From: an uncultured delta proteobacterium
Lineage (GTDB): Bacteria > Desulfobacterota > Binatia > Binatales > Binataceae
Reading direction: 5' to 3'
Length of the DNA: 64,000 bases
NCBI GenBank assembly: GCA_963794325.1
Contig: CAWCDG010000004.1
Coordinates: 1,248,001-1,312,000 of the forward strand
The position numbers and the translations under genes are program-made. Position 1 is the first letter of the stretch. Each line of letters begins with the position of its first letter. The notes below the pieces were generated by a model, which was not told the origin of the DNA, made no database searches, and worked only from the letters and a program-made list of their open reading frames with translations. Positions 1 through 9,571 of this stretch are shown here, in pieces.

Positions 1-8
1 TCTTGAGG

Positions 9-421
9 AACCTAACCCCTAACCCCTTCCCGCGCGGGAAGGGGGACCGGATGGAGAACGAAAGCTGTGCATGCGGAGGCGGAATCTTGAATCGCGCGCG
101 AAAAATGCGCGCTGGACAAGGTCCCTCTCCTTAAATCCTCTCCCGACGGGAGAGGGGAAGAAGGATCCGGGATTCTTCGCTTCGCTCTGAATGACACAAG
201 GATAGGAAGCAGAGGGTAAGAACAACCGTAGGCGGAATCTTGAATCGCGCGCGCAGCGCGCGCTGTGTAAGGACCCTCACCTTTGATCCTCTCCCTAACA
301 GGGAGAGGGGAAGAAAGAGTGGCGGACGCGTCGGGGAACCTAACCCCTAACCCCTTCCCGAGCGGGAAGGGGAACCGGATTAGGGGGAGTAACCTTTTCC
401 CAAGTGGGAAGGGGGACCGGA
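9..421. repeat. Cluster of REP-like palindromic repeats (family A hairpins at 9-50, 337-378 and truncated at 391-420; ~90-bp direct repeat at ~77-162 and ~230-315; family C element at 158-196)
   Basis: AACCTAACCCCTAACCCCTTCCC-N4-GGGAAGGGG hairpins; duplicated GGCGGAATCTTGAATCGCGCGCG...CCTCTCCC-N-GGGAGAGGGGAAGAA. Confidence 0.85.
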
Positions 422-436
422 TGGAGGACAGGAGCT

Positions 437-1249
437 ATGAGCGATTTACGAATATTTTCCTATTTGCCTAATCCTCGCATTTGGAAGGCTACTATTGCGG
501 CGCGGCTTTGCGGGGTTGACGTAGAGGTAAGAGGGAGCTCGCCTAAGGAGTTGCAGGCATGGCTATGGGACTTTGACGCGCATCCTTTGTCGAGCAGTGA
601 GCTTGCATCATCTGCTGATGCGCGGACTGGTAAGGTAGGCTTCAAGGGGACATTGCATAAGACGGCCGCGTTCATTGAGGCGCATCCGTTTGGCACTGTT
701 CCAGCCGCGTTCAGTCCTGACGGGAAGATTGGCATTTTCGAATCTAACAGTGTTATGCGAGCGGTGGCGCGGCTCGGTGAAGAACGATTCCCGCTGTATG
801 GCAGCGACGCCTATGAAGCGTCGCGCATCGACAGCTTCCTCGATGCTAGCCTGGTGTTCGCGCGCGACTCACAGATTTATCTGCTGTCGTTGATCAGTGG
901 AACGGTATCGGTTGAGATTCACGCGAGGATGTGCGACGGATTCAAGGTCTATATGGGTGGAATCAATCAGGCGTTGTCGCCGGAACGCGATTTCATTGTG
1001 GGTGAGAGTGTGACTCTTGCGGACATATGCTTCGCGGCAGAATTAGCGCTGTTCTTTAACGAAAAGGCGAGACCGGGTGAGCTTCTGAAGAAAACCCTCG
1101 AGCCGATTCTGCATGATGGCGTTGATTCGGAATTTCCACTGGCCTTTGCCCATTTTACAAGGTTGAGCAAGCATGCAGCGTTTGCACCTGACATGGAGCC
1201 CTACCTGAAAAAAATAGAGTCATCGAGGACAACCCATCCTGGCCGGTAG
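437..1249 (+). CDS. Glutathione S-transferase family protein (EF1B-gamma-like)
   Basis: HPFGTVPA, IFESNSVMRAVAR and VGESVTLADI motifs; GGAG RBS before ATG 437. Confidence 0.75.
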   Translation: MSDLRIFSYLPNPRIWKATIAARLCGVDVEVRGSSPKELQAWLWDFDAHPLSSSELASSADARTGKVGFKGTLHKTAAFIEAHPFGTVPAAFSPDGKIGIFESNSVMRAVARLGEERFPLYGSDAYEASRIDSFLDASLVFARDSQIYLLSLISGTVSVEIHARMCDGFKVYMGGINQALSPERDFIVGESVTLADICFAAELALFFNEKARPGELLKKTLEPILHDGVDSEFPLAFAHFTRLSKHAAFAPDMEPYLKKIESSRTTHPGR

Positions 1250-1252
1250 CAT

Positions 1253-1903
1253 TCAACTTGGGCGCAGCGATTCACGCATCATTCTAATCATTGCCTGAGT
1301 CGTGGCGGTGTCGTTGAGGCGCGGAAACGGCTCGTCAGGAACGGGGACGTCGAGGAAGCGGCACAGCGGGGCCCATCCTTCGCGCACGTCGAAGACCAGC
1401 AGGCGCGCGGGATCGATCGTATCGCAGACCTCCTGAGTGTGACGAGCGAAGACCTCGAGCGCGTGGGCCTTATCTTCGAAGCGGTTGTCGAATGTTTCAG
1501 CGAGAATCGACTTCCGGGTCATCTCACTTTGGAGGCGGATGATCTCGGGGGAATCGAGGGGCGCCGGCTCGCTCATCGCCTGATAGATAGTGTTGGTCAT
1601 GCTCTTGTACCAGGCTTCCGGATCGCGAACTGATAGCAGTACTTTGGCGTCCGGATAGTGAGCGGCGATTTCGCGCCACCATCGGGCGGTCGGCCAATCG
1701 ACGGTTGCATGGAAGCCGGCGAAGAGCTGATCCCAGTCGATCGGTTGGCCGAATGCCAACCTATGCCACATGGCGACGTGATCGGGTCGCGGGAAGACTT
1801 CCGCCATGTGGTAGCAGGGGCCGAAGCCGAGCTTTTCGAGCGCGGTTTTAAGTGAGAGCGTGCCGGTTCGTCCGAAGCCAGCGCCGACGATTTTCAATGC
1901 CAT
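1253..1903 (-). CDS. Sulfotransferase-family P-loop protein
   Basis: N-terminal VGAGFGRTGTLSLKTALEKLGFGPCYHM; GWAPLCRFL and PFPRLN motifs. Confidence 0.85.
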   Translation of the reverse strand: MALKIVGAGFGRTGTLSLKTALEKLGFGPCYHMAEVFPRPDHVAMWHRLAFGQPIDWDQLFAGFHATVDWPTARWWREIAAHYPDAKVLLSVRDPEAWYKSMTNTIYQAMSEPAPLDSPEIIRLQSEMTRKSILAETFDNRFEDKAHALEVFARHTQEVCDTIDPARLLVFDVREGWAPLCRFLDVPVPDEPFPRLNDTATTQAMIRMMRESLRPS

Positions 1904-2022
1904 GACCTTTCCCCTAGCCCCTCTCCCTTCAAGGAGAGGGAAAACGCGACATCCTAAGTTGAGGGAATAAATTCCGTCCTACGCAGTCTCCAGGCATGGG
2001 CGCGCGACCGCGAGCTGTGACG

Positions 2023-2349
2023 CTACTTCAGCGACGAGAATTTGGTCGGCGTCAGTATCGTAGTGTTGATCGACGCGACTATCGGGCCGCCTTCCTCGCT
2101 CTTGTTGCGTACTGCGATCCATTCCGGATCCGCCTGAAACGCCGCGAATTTCAATTGGCGTTCATCCAGCGAATCCCATTTCAGGATGTAGTAGAGGTCT
2201 GCGTTTGATTCGCCGATCGCTACAGTCCAGAAGCCGACGGGCTCGATGCCATGCTTCTCGAACAGCTTGACGGTAGCGGTCTCGAAGCGGGTCACCACGG
2301 CCGGCAGCTTGCCCGGCATACAATGATAAATTCGCAGTTCGTATAGCAT
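2023..2349 (-). CDS. NIPSNAP family protein
   Basis: MLYELRIY...FEKHGI.PVGFW...FQADPEW pattern. Confidence 0.9.
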   Translation of the reverse strand: MLYELRIYHCMPGKLPAVVTRFETATVKLFEKHGIEPVGFWTVAIGESNADLYYILKWDSLDERQLKFAAFQADPEWIAVRNKSEEGGPIVASINTTILTPTKFSSLK

Positions 2350-2362
2350 CTGAAGATTATGT

Positions 2363-2439
2363 TGGTGGAGCTGACGCGGATCGAACGCGCGACCTCCTGA
2401 ATGCCATTCAGGCGCTCTCCCAAACTGAGCTACAGCCCC
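2363..2439 (-). tRNA. tRNA-Ala(GGC)
   Basis: Reverse complement GGGGCTGTAGCTCAGTTTGGGAGAGCGCCTGAATGGCATTCAGGAGGTCGCGCGTTCGATCCGCGTCAGCTCCACCA: cloverleaf, GGC anticodon, encoded CCA. Confidence 0.97.
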
Positions 2440-2510
2440 ACCGTTGGCAGGTTTTTCAGCTAATCGGATAGCGTCGACGGTGTCAACCGACCGGCGGAAA
2501 GCCGGCTACA

Positions 2511-3056
2511 TCACTTCAGCTTGCTGCGCCATTCGGTCCAATTGACTTTCCGCGATTCGATGACCTCGAGGTCGGCGAGCGCGATTTGATCGGTGAACAG
2601 GATCAGGTTGTCACATGACCAGCGAGCGTTCGGGGCGATGATACTGTCGAAGCCGAGGAAATAAGCGGCGTCGCCGATTGCCTGAGTCTGCTCATAGAGG
2701 ATCTCGCGATATCGGGCGGGGTCGACGCCAAGCGGAACCATCGCGTCTAAATTCGGAAGCCTGAGAGTCTTCGCAGTCCTGACCTTGATGCGATGTAATC
2801 CATACCTGATTTTCGACGGAAAGACCGGCTGACGTGAGAGATGAAATTGGACTTCCGCAACGGCGCCATCTGGATCCAGAGAAGTATAGAGTACGTCGAA
2901 CAGCGTGGGATCCCAGCGTCCGCCGGAAACGCTTCCCTGCAGAGGATCCCGACCGTCGCGCACGGTCCGCCAAGTCTCTCCAGCGTAAGGAACTCTATCG
3001 AAGGCGTCGAGCGCGTCGAGCAGTGCGGGATCGCGCGGCTTGCGTGCTCGCGGCAT
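2511..3056 (-). CDS. RES domain toxin (MbcT/ParT-like)
   Basis: WR...GGRW...VLYTS...AVAEV...TQAIG...GFDSIIAP.AR...NLILF pattern; directly downstream of a cognate antitoxin. Confidence 0.85.
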   Translation of the reverse strand: MPRARKPRDPALLDALDAFDRVPYAGETWRTVRDGRDPLQGSVSGGRWDPTLFDVLYTSLDPDGAVAEVQFHLSRQPVFPSKIRYGLHRIKVRTAKTLRLPNLDAMVPLGVDPARYREILYEQTQAIGDAAYFLGFDSIIAPNARWSCDNLILFTDQIALADLEVIESRKVNWTEWRSKLK

Positions 3057-3076
3057 CGCAGCTCAAGCCGCGGCAA

Positions 3077-3415
3077 TCATAGGTAGGCGCCGGCGTCCAG
3101 GCGCTCGATGACGGCCAGGACTTCCTGGGTGCGGTCGGCGATGATCACGTCGATCGCGCGCTCGTTGTTAAGCAGCGGATGTTTCGCATGAAGCCATAGC
3201 CGGGTCTCCGCTGGCGTGTAGAAGTCTGACAATCGATCGACGACGTAGCGCAGATCGGCAATGATGGTCTGGGTCGCGAGCGGCGGCGAGGCTTTACCGC
3301 TCTTCCATCGCGACACACTCGGTCGGGACGCATTGACGATGTTAGCGACGTCGGAGCCCTTGAGGCCGCCACGCTGCTCGAGGTCGTTAAGAATTCGGGC
3401 TACTGCGCTCTTCAT
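3077..3415 (-). CDS. Xre/MbcA/ParS-type antitoxin
   Basis: N-terminal HTH (DVANIVNASRPSVSRWKSG) and C-terminal WL..HPLL..RAID domain. Confidence 0.85.
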   Translation of the reverse strand: MKSAVARILNDLEQRGGLKGSDVANIVNASRPSVSRWKSGKASPPLATQTIIADLRYVVDRLSDFYTPAETRLWLHAKHPLLNNERAIDVIIADRTQEVLAVIERLDAGAYL

Positions 3416-3529
3416 GAAGGTTCCACCGTCTGAAGCTCAATCGTACCCTGTTGCATAACTATTTCACAAGAGGGGCTGGATGAAACTAAAATGCAAACAC
3501 GCGCAATCAGCCTATTGCCACCAAACACG

Positions 3530-5224
3530 TCACCCGCGGGCGCGATCGAGCAATTCGCGGGCGGCGCGGCGGAATTTATCGGACACTTCGCCGCCGAGCA
3601 TCCGCGCGATCTCCTCGGTGCGGTCGCCTTCCAGAATCGCAACGCGGCTGCGCGTCGAGCCGCGCCGCTCTTCTTTTTCGACGGTGAGATGACGGTCAGC
3701 GAACGCCGCGATCTGCGCGAGATGTGTGACGCACAGTATCTGATGGAAGTGCGAGAGCTGTTTCAGTTTGCGGCCTACCACTTGTGCGACCGCACCACCG
3801 ATTCCGGCGTCCACCTCGTCGAAGATCATCGTGGCGACGCCGCGACGCTGGGCCTCGAGGCGCTTGAGCGCGAGCATCACGCGCGAAAGCTCGCCGCCCG
3901 AAGCAATTCTCAACAACGGCATCGCGGGCTGACCGACGTTCGGCGACAGATGAAACTCGATCGTGTCTGCACCGAACGGACCTAGCGCCGCGCCGCCATG
4001 CATGAAGCCGGCGTCGTCGGGGCCGAGCGCGCCCAGTCGAGGCTCGAATCCCGGCGAGCGCATTCCGAGCGACTTCAGCTCAGCTTCCATCTTGCGGCCA
4101 AGGTCGGCGGCCGCGCGCTTGCGAATCGAGGACAGTTTGTTTGCGTGCGCGACGAGTTCGTCGAGCGCTGAATTCATGGCGGCTTCGACCTGGGCCTTCG
4201 ACTCGCCGATTCCTTCGAGATCGGCAATCTCGGATCGCGATCGTTGCAAGGTTTCGAGCGCGGTGTCGATTGAGCCGCCGTATTTTCGCTTGAGTCGGGT
4301 CAGTTCCTGGAGGCGGTTGTCGATTTCTTCGAGACGCGCGGGATCCGCCTCGATTTTCGATGCGTACGCACCAAGGGTGCGCGCCGCTTCCTCGAGGTTT
4401 GCGCGGGCCGATTTGATCATCTCGAGTGCGTCGCCGAGTTTTGGATCGAGCGCGGCAGCTTCGACCAGGCGCGCCTCTGCGCGCGAGACTGTGTCGGTCG
4501 CAGCGCCGTCGGCGCCGTAGAGCGCCTGCTCGGCTTCGAGCGCAGCGCTGGCGAGCTTGCTCGCGTTAACGAGCACGGTTCGCTCGCGCGACAGTTCCTC
4601 GTCTTCGCCGGCGACGAGGCCGGCGCGATCGAGTTCATTGGCGCGGAATTTTGCGAGTTCCAGCAAATCGGCACGTTCACGTTCGCGGCGGTTCAGGTCT
4701 TGAAATTGAGACTGGATTTCTTCGGCGTGGACGTATCGAGCCCGATACAACGCGAGTTCTTCGTCGAGGTTTGCGTAGCGATCGAGAATCTCGCGATGGC
4801 TCTCGGCGCGAAGCAACGAATGCTGCTCGTGCTGTCCGTAAACCTGGACCAGCGACGCGCCTATTCTGCCGAGGCTTTGCACGGTGGCGAGTTCGCCGTC
4901 GATGGTGACGCGCGAGCGTCCACCGCCCTCTGCTATAACCCGGCGCACGAGCAACTCGCGGCGCCCGCCGTCGCTTTTGCGCGCCGTCAGATCAGGAATC
5001 GCGGCCTCACCCTCTAGCTCGAACAAGCCCTCGACCACTGCTTCTTTTTCGCCGGCGCGAATCATATCGGGAGACGCGCGCGAGCCGAGCAGCAATCCGA
5101 GCGCGCTCAGGATGATTGTCTTACCCGCGCCAGTCTCGCCGGACAGAACGTTGAGACCGGCGCCGAACTCGAGATGAGCCTGCTCGATAATCGCGAAGTT
5201 GCGTATGTTCAGTTCGAGCAACAT
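3530..5224 (-). CDS. recN: DNA repair protein RecN
   Basis: LSGETGAGKT Walker A, ASGGELSRVMLA signature, IFDEVDAGIGG, CVTHLAQIAA. Confidence 0.97.
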   Translation of the reverse strand: MLLELNIRNFAIIEQAHLEFGAGLNVLSGETGAGKTIILSALGLLLGSRASPDMIRAGEKEAVVEGLFELEGEAAIPDLTARKSDGGRRELLVRRVIAEGGGRSRVTIDGELATVQSLGRIGASLVQVYGQHEQHSLLRAESHREILDRYANLDEELALYRARYVHAEEIQSQFQDLNRRERERADLLELAKFRANELDRAGLVAGEDEELSRERTVLVNASKLASAALEAEQALYGADGAATDTVSRAEARLVEAAALDPKLGDALEMIKSARANLEEAARTLGAYASKIEADPARLEEIDNRLQELTRLKRKYGGSIDTALETLQRSRSEIADLEGIGESKAQVEAAMNSALDELVAHANKLSSIRKRAAADLGRKMEAELKSLGMRSPGFEPRLGALGPDDAGFMHGGAALGPFGADTIEFHLSPNVGQPAMPLLRIASGGELSRVMLALKRLEAQRRGVATMIFDEVDAGIGGAVAQVVGRKLKQLSHFHQILCVTHLAQIAAFADRHLTVEKEERRGSTRSRVAILEGDRTEEIARMLGGEVSDKFRRAARELLDRARG

Positions 5225-5239
5225 TCGGGACGCGCGCGG

Positions 5240-6106
5240 CTATCCCCAGTGAAGCTTGTCGCGCCAGATTTCGAAATACGGATGAGCGGAGCGGATTAAC
5301 GAGACGAAGTGGCTACCGCGGTGAATTTTGATCACGTCGTCGGGTCCAAGCTGCGACGACTCCTGGCCGTCGACGGTGAAAGTCGTGTCGTGGTCGGGTG
5401 CCTTGACGTGAATTTCGATTTCGTAAGTGTCGGGCAAAACGACGGGGCGGTTGCTCAGAGTGTGCGGGCAGATGGGCGCCAGCACGATCGCGCCGAGAGT
5501 CGGATATACGATCGGACCGCCCGCGGAGAGCGCGTATGCGGTCGAGCCGGTGGGCGTCGCGATGATCAAGCCGTCGGCGCGATACGAGCAGAAGTGTGTA
5601 TGGTTGGCGAAAACGTCGAGTTCGAGCATCCTGCCGAGCGGACCTTTGCCGACCACCACGTCGTTGAAGGCCTGGAAGGATTGCGGGATCTCCTCGGAGG
5701 CGCGATCGACGATCGCCTCGAGCATGATGCGCCGATCGACCTCGTAGTCGCCGGCGAGGACGCGGCCCAACGCCGCGCGCGCTTCCGAGATAGTCACTTC
5801 GGTCAGGAAGCCGAGCCCGCCAAGATTCACGCCGAGAATCGGAGTGCCCTCCGACGCGACCAGCCGGGCGACGCCGAGCAGCGTGCCGTCGCCACCGAGC
5901 ACGACTATCAGATCGGCGCGATCGGCTAGGTGATGGCGCTCGACACCCTCGGCGCCGATTTTTTTTGCAGTTTCCGAGTCGGCAATCGGAGTCCTGTGCT
6001 TTGCACGAAGAAAGCGGGTGAGGGTGCGCGCAATCGCGATCGCTTCGGGCCGCTCGCGTTTGACGACGAGGCCGACGGTCTTTATGGGGCGCTTCGCCGA
6101 TGCCAT
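5240..6106 (-). CDS. nadK: NAD kinase
   Basis: GGDGT, ND and TPTGSTAYALSAGGP motifs; conserved synteny with recN. Confidence 0.96.
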   Translation of the reverse strand: MASAKRPIKTVGLVVKRERPEAIAIARTLTRFLRAKHRTPIADSETAKKIGAEGVERHHLADRADLIVVLGGDGTLLGVARLVASEGTPILGVNLGGLGFLTEVTISEARAALGRVLAGDYEVDRRIMLEAIVDRASEEIPQSFQAFNDVVVGKGPLGRMLELDVFANHTHFCSYRADGLIIATPTGSTAYALSAGGPIVYPTLGAIVLAPICPHTLSNRPVVLPDTYEIEIHVKAPDHDTTFTVDGQESSQLGPDDVIKIHRGSHFVSLIRSAHPYFEIWRDKLHWG

Positions 6107-6169
6107 CAGATGCTCATCATGCGCTGAAATTCCTAGCGACGCGAAGGCGACGAAATTGTGATTGCGCTC

Positions 6170-6616
6170 TCACTGAGCGGGTTTGGGAGGGAGCACAGCC
6201 TCCCTGGGGATTTTGTATGCGGTGCCAACGGCAGCCGGATTTTCTTTGCCGTACACAATGGCGACGGAGTTGATGTAGTAGCCGGTGGCGGACTCGGTAG
6301 TCTGCGCTGTGCTGGTGTTAATGACGATCGCATCAGCGCCGGTTTCGCAGGCCTTGCGCTGTACTGCGGGCAGCACCTCGGCCTCGGTCGCAAAGCGGTT
6401 GCCCAATGCCTCGACGATTGCGACCTTGCGAAAATCTCTCAGCGGTTCGTGGCGCAGCACAGGCATGTCGCAATCCGGCGGCTTGGCAGCGCGGCCAGAG
6501 GGCTCCACTTCGGAAAGGGTGACCTGCGGCGGCAGCGAAACCACGTGGGCGCATCCGGCGGCGGCAAGGGTCAGTAAAATGATGACGACGATTCGCACGA
6601 GTAATGAAGTATCCAC
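6170..6616 (-). CDS. Hypothetical lipoprotein
   Basis: Hydrophobic signal ending AAGC; KACETGADAIVI motif. Confidence 0.6.
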   Translation of the reverse strand: MDTSLLVRIVVIILLTLAAAGCAHVVSLPPQVTLSEVEPSGRAAKPPDCDMPVLRHEPLRDFRKVAIVEALGNRFATEAEVLPAVQRKACETGADAIVINTSTAQTTESATGYYINSVAIVYGKENPAAVGTAYKIPREAVLPPKPAQ

Positions 6617-6741
6617 CGATACGTGTGGCGGGCAAGAGCGATTGGGTGTGTTCCGGCGGCTCGCTTTGGGCGTTGGTTGGTATAAAATCGCGATGCGCTC
6701 GCGTCGATCAGAACGTCGGCGGCGCAGGGCTGTACCTCACG

Positions 6742-7617
6742 ATGGCAAACACCGGCAAATCCAAGCGGCCGATGATCGGCGCGCATATGTCGATCGCCGG
6801 CGAAGTTGGCGAATCTTTGAATCGCGGCAAGCAAGCCGGCTGCGAATGTATCCAGATATTCACCAAGTCGTCGCGACAATGGGCGTCGAAGCCGTACACC
6901 GAGGAGGAAATCGAACGGTTCAAGCGCAATCGAATCGAAACCGGCATCACGACCGTGATCGCACACGACTCGTACCTGGTGAATCTGGGCGCGCCGGATG
7001 AAGCGATGCGACTGAAGTCGGTCAATGGAGTGATCGATGAGCTAAATCGATGTGAAGCGCTTGGCGTAGGCATCCTGGTTGCGCATCCGGGCGCGCATGT
7101 CGGATCGGGAATTGAGACGGGGATCAAAACGATTGCGAAATCGATCGACGAGGCGCATGCGGCGTGCAAAGGCTTCAAGGTGAAGATCGCGCTCGAAATC
7201 ACGGCGGGCCAGGGCAGTAATCTGGGGCATACGTTTGAGCAGATGGGGCAGATATTCGACGCCGTCGTGGAGAACGAGCGTATCCGGCTATGCTTCGACA
7301 CCGAGCATGCATTCGCCGCCGGTTACGACATCCGGACTCCGGAAGAGTATGAAAATACATTCGGCGAGCTCGACAAGTTTGTAGGCCTGAAGCGACTCGC
7401 GGCGTTTCATCTGAACGACTCGATCAAGGATTTCAATTCGCACGTCGATCGGCATCAGCATATCGGGAAAGGATTCATAGGACTCGACGCGTTTCGCCGG
7501 CTGCTCAACGATCCGCGATTCTTCGGATTGCCGATGTGCCTGGAGACGCCCAAAGGACCCGACATGAAAGAGGATATCGAGAACCTGGCGACATTACGCA
7601 GTCTGTTTGCGAACTGA
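6742..7617 (+). CDS. nfo: Endonuclease IV (deoxyribonuclease IV)
   Basis: IGAHMSIAG, HDSYLVNL, HPG, LEITAGQG, CFDTEH, HLNDS, DRHQHIG, LETP. Confidence 0.95.
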   Translation: MANTGKSKRPMIGAHMSIAGEVGESLNRGKQAGCECIQIFTKSSRQWASKPYTEEEIERFKRNRIETGITTVIAHDSYLVNLGAPDEAMRLKSVNGVIDELNRCEALGVGILVAHPGAHVGSGIETGIKTIAKSIDEAHAACKGFKVKIALEITAGQGSNLGHTFEQMGQIFDAVVENERIRLCFDTEHAFAAGYDIRTPEEYENTFGELDKFVGLKRLAAFHLNDSIKDFNSHVDRHQHIGKGFIGLDAFRRLLNDPRFFGLPMCLETPKGPDMKEDIENLATLRSLFAN

Positions 7618-7628
7618 CTATTTGACAG

Positions 7629-8627
7629 ATGATTAAACGAATACTCACTGGGGACCGTCCAACCTCGCCGTTGCATCTCGGCCATTACGTAGGATCCCTG
7701 CAAAACAGGGTACGCTTGCAGGAAGAATACGATACCTACGTACTAATAGCCGACGTTCAGGCGCTGACCGACAACTTCGAGCATCCCGAGAAACTCGAAG
7801 CGAATATCTTCGAGGTCGCGCTCGACTACCTGGCGGTCGGTATCGATCCGGAAAAAACGAAGTTCGTCGTGCAGTCGATGGTCCCGGAGCTGACCGAGTT
7901 GACGATTTATTTTATGAACCTCGTCACGACCGCGACGCTCGAGCGCAATCCTACGCTGAAGGACGAAATCAAGCAGAAGAACTTCAGCAAAAATTTACCG
8001 GTTGGATTTTACACATATCCGATTTCGCAGGCCTCGGACATCACGATTTTCAAGGCTCACCTGGTGCCGGTGGGCGAAGATCAACTGCCGATGATCGAGC
8101 AGGCGCGCGAGATCGTGCGGCGCTTCAATCGTCTGTACGACAAAGTGCTTATCGAGCCGAAGGCGCTGCTTGGCGAAATGGCGCGGCTGCCGGGCACCGA
8201 CGGCGGCGCGAAGATGGGTAAGTCGCTCGGCAATTGCATTTACCTTGGCGATCCGCCCGAGGTGGTGCGCAAGCGCGTGATGTCGATGTACACCGATCCG
8301 ACGCGATTGCATCCGACGGACCCGGGCCATGTCGAAGGCAATCCGGTTTTCACGTACCACGACGTGTTCAATCCGGATAAGGCTGAAGTCGAAGATCTGA
8401 AAGAGCGCTATCGCAAGGGCACGGTCGGCGACGTCGAGGTCAAAGAGAAGCTGTTCAAGGCTCTTAACGCTTTTCTGGAACCGATTCGCGAGCGCCGCGG
8501 GGAATTCGCATCGAAGCCGGAGCGGGTGCGAGAGGTCATCGTCGAGGGCACGCGCAAGGGACGCGCGGTGGCGCAGGAGACGATGGCGGAAGTCCGCGCG
8601 GCGATGAAGATCAGTTACAAGTTTTGA
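7629..8627 (+). CDS. trpS: Tryptophan-tRNA ligase
   Basis: TGDRPT, HLGH (HIGH), VPVGEDQ, KMGKS (KMSKS). Confidence 0.96.
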   Translation: MIKRILTGDRPTSPLHLGHYVGSLQNRVRLQEEYDTYVLIADVQALTDNFEHPEKLEANIFEVALDYLAVGIDPEKTKFVVQSMVPELTELTIYFMNLVTTATLERNPTLKDEIKQKNFSKNLPVGFYTYPISQASDITIFKAHLVPVGEDQLPMIEQAREIVRRFNRLYDKVLIEPKALLGEMARLPGTDGGAKMGKSLGNCIYLGDPPEVVRKRVMSMYTDPTRLHPTDPGHVEGNPVFTYHDVFNPDKAEVEDLKERYRKGTVGDVEVKEKLFKALNAFLEPIRERRGEFASKPERVREVIVEGTRKGRAVAQETMAEVRAAMKISYKF

Positions 8628-8650
8628 GGGAAGAGGAAATCACTTTATTT

Positions 8651-8705
8651 AATGTGAAACCCGCGGTGGGTTTCACGCTTCCTTCGGCAGGGCTAAGCCC
8701 TGCAC
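8651..8705 (+). repeat. Double-hairpin repeat, family B (copies at 37020-37074 on the - strand and partial at 25311-25334)
   Basis: AATGTGAAACCCGCGGTGGGTTTCACGCTTCCTTCGGCAGGGCTAAGCCCTGCAC is near-identical to the reverse complement of 37020-37074. Confidence 0.85.
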
Positions 8706-8911
8706 TTTAGTACCAATCGCAAAATGGTGCGGACGCCATTTTGCTCCGTGTGTCATTTAGAGCGAAGCGAAGAATCCGGCAGTTTATACTTTATGTAACT
8801 TCGGGATCGCTCTTGTAGGTTCGAGGTTAGGTTGCGTAAAGTATATACTCGCGAACGAAATCATTAAGGCTCCTGCCTGCTTGGTGGCACCGCGCCCTAG
8901 CGGAACGGACA

Positions 8912-9571
8912 TTACAGCGTTGCGTACTGACGTGGTTCGCTCGATCTTCGGGACTGATAGCGCCAGATCCATGCATCGAAGTCGCGGCGATTCAGCCCCA
9001 GTAAATCTGCCGCCCAAGACACTGCTGCTTGAATGTAATCATACTCGAGGATCCCCACCCCGGCATCTCGCGTAAACGTCCTTATATGTCTATCTACCGC
9101 AATACGATCAATGCCCACTAAGCAGCACATATAGTCGTAGGTCTTCGGCCCGACGCCTGATAGGCTCAGAAGCTGGTCCTTGGACCGCCTGTGCTTAAGC
9201 CACTGGCGAAGGTCGTTGGTGTCTTCCACGGAGTTTGCGCCGAGGAGAGAGGCGAGTCGCGTGAACCGTGAGACCTTTGTCGGGTGCTTCCATAGTAAAA
9301 AATCAGACACTAATCCCCTCTCGATTATCGAATTCACCCCCGAAAGCCTCGCCGCTTGTGGGTAATTTGTCTGTATGCGGGCGATCCGCGGTCTAATCAC
9401 CGTGCGATAATTTAGGCCCGCCTGTAGAACAGCGTCGGCCAACACGGCACCTAAGTGGCTTGCAGTTGGTCGCGGCGGAGTCGGTTTCACAACAATGCCT
9501 AAGCGCTCAGCGTGAGCAGCGACCTTACGGGCGGATGCGAGTACTTCCAGAGGGGCAGCTGACGGTGTCAT
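8912..9571 (-). CDS. HhH-superfamily DNA glycosylase/AP lyase-like protein
   Basis: HhH motif LLSLSGVGPKTYDY followed by AVDRH (catalytic Asp position); no FeS cysteine cluster. Confidence 0.7.
   Translation of the reverse strand: MTPSAAPLEVLASARKVAAHAERLGIVVKPTPPRPTASHLGAVLADAVLQAGLNYRTVIRPRIARIQTNYPQAARLSGVNSIIERGLVSDFLLWKHPTKVSRFTRLASLLGANSVEDTNDLRQWLKHRRSKDQLLSLSGVGPKTYDYMCCLVGIDRIAVDRHIRTFTRDAGVGILEYDYIQAAVSWAADLLGLNRRDFDAWIWRYQSRRSSEPRQYATL

Noticed and set aside
9-421. Possible CRISPR array or telomere-like (CCCTAA) repeats
   Set aside because: Repeats are irregularly spaced, of mixed types and dispersed elsewhere; no unique constant-length spacers and no cas genes. Only two CCTAA units per copy.
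2363-3415. tRNA-Ala as integration site for the TA module
   Set aside because: The TA genes lie 5' of the tRNA; no integrase and no duplicated tRNA 3' end was found.
8775-8801. dif/Xer site (TTATGTAACT resembles an XerD arm)
   Set aside because: No convincing XerC arm at 6-bp spacing; better explained as part of the terminal inverted repeat.
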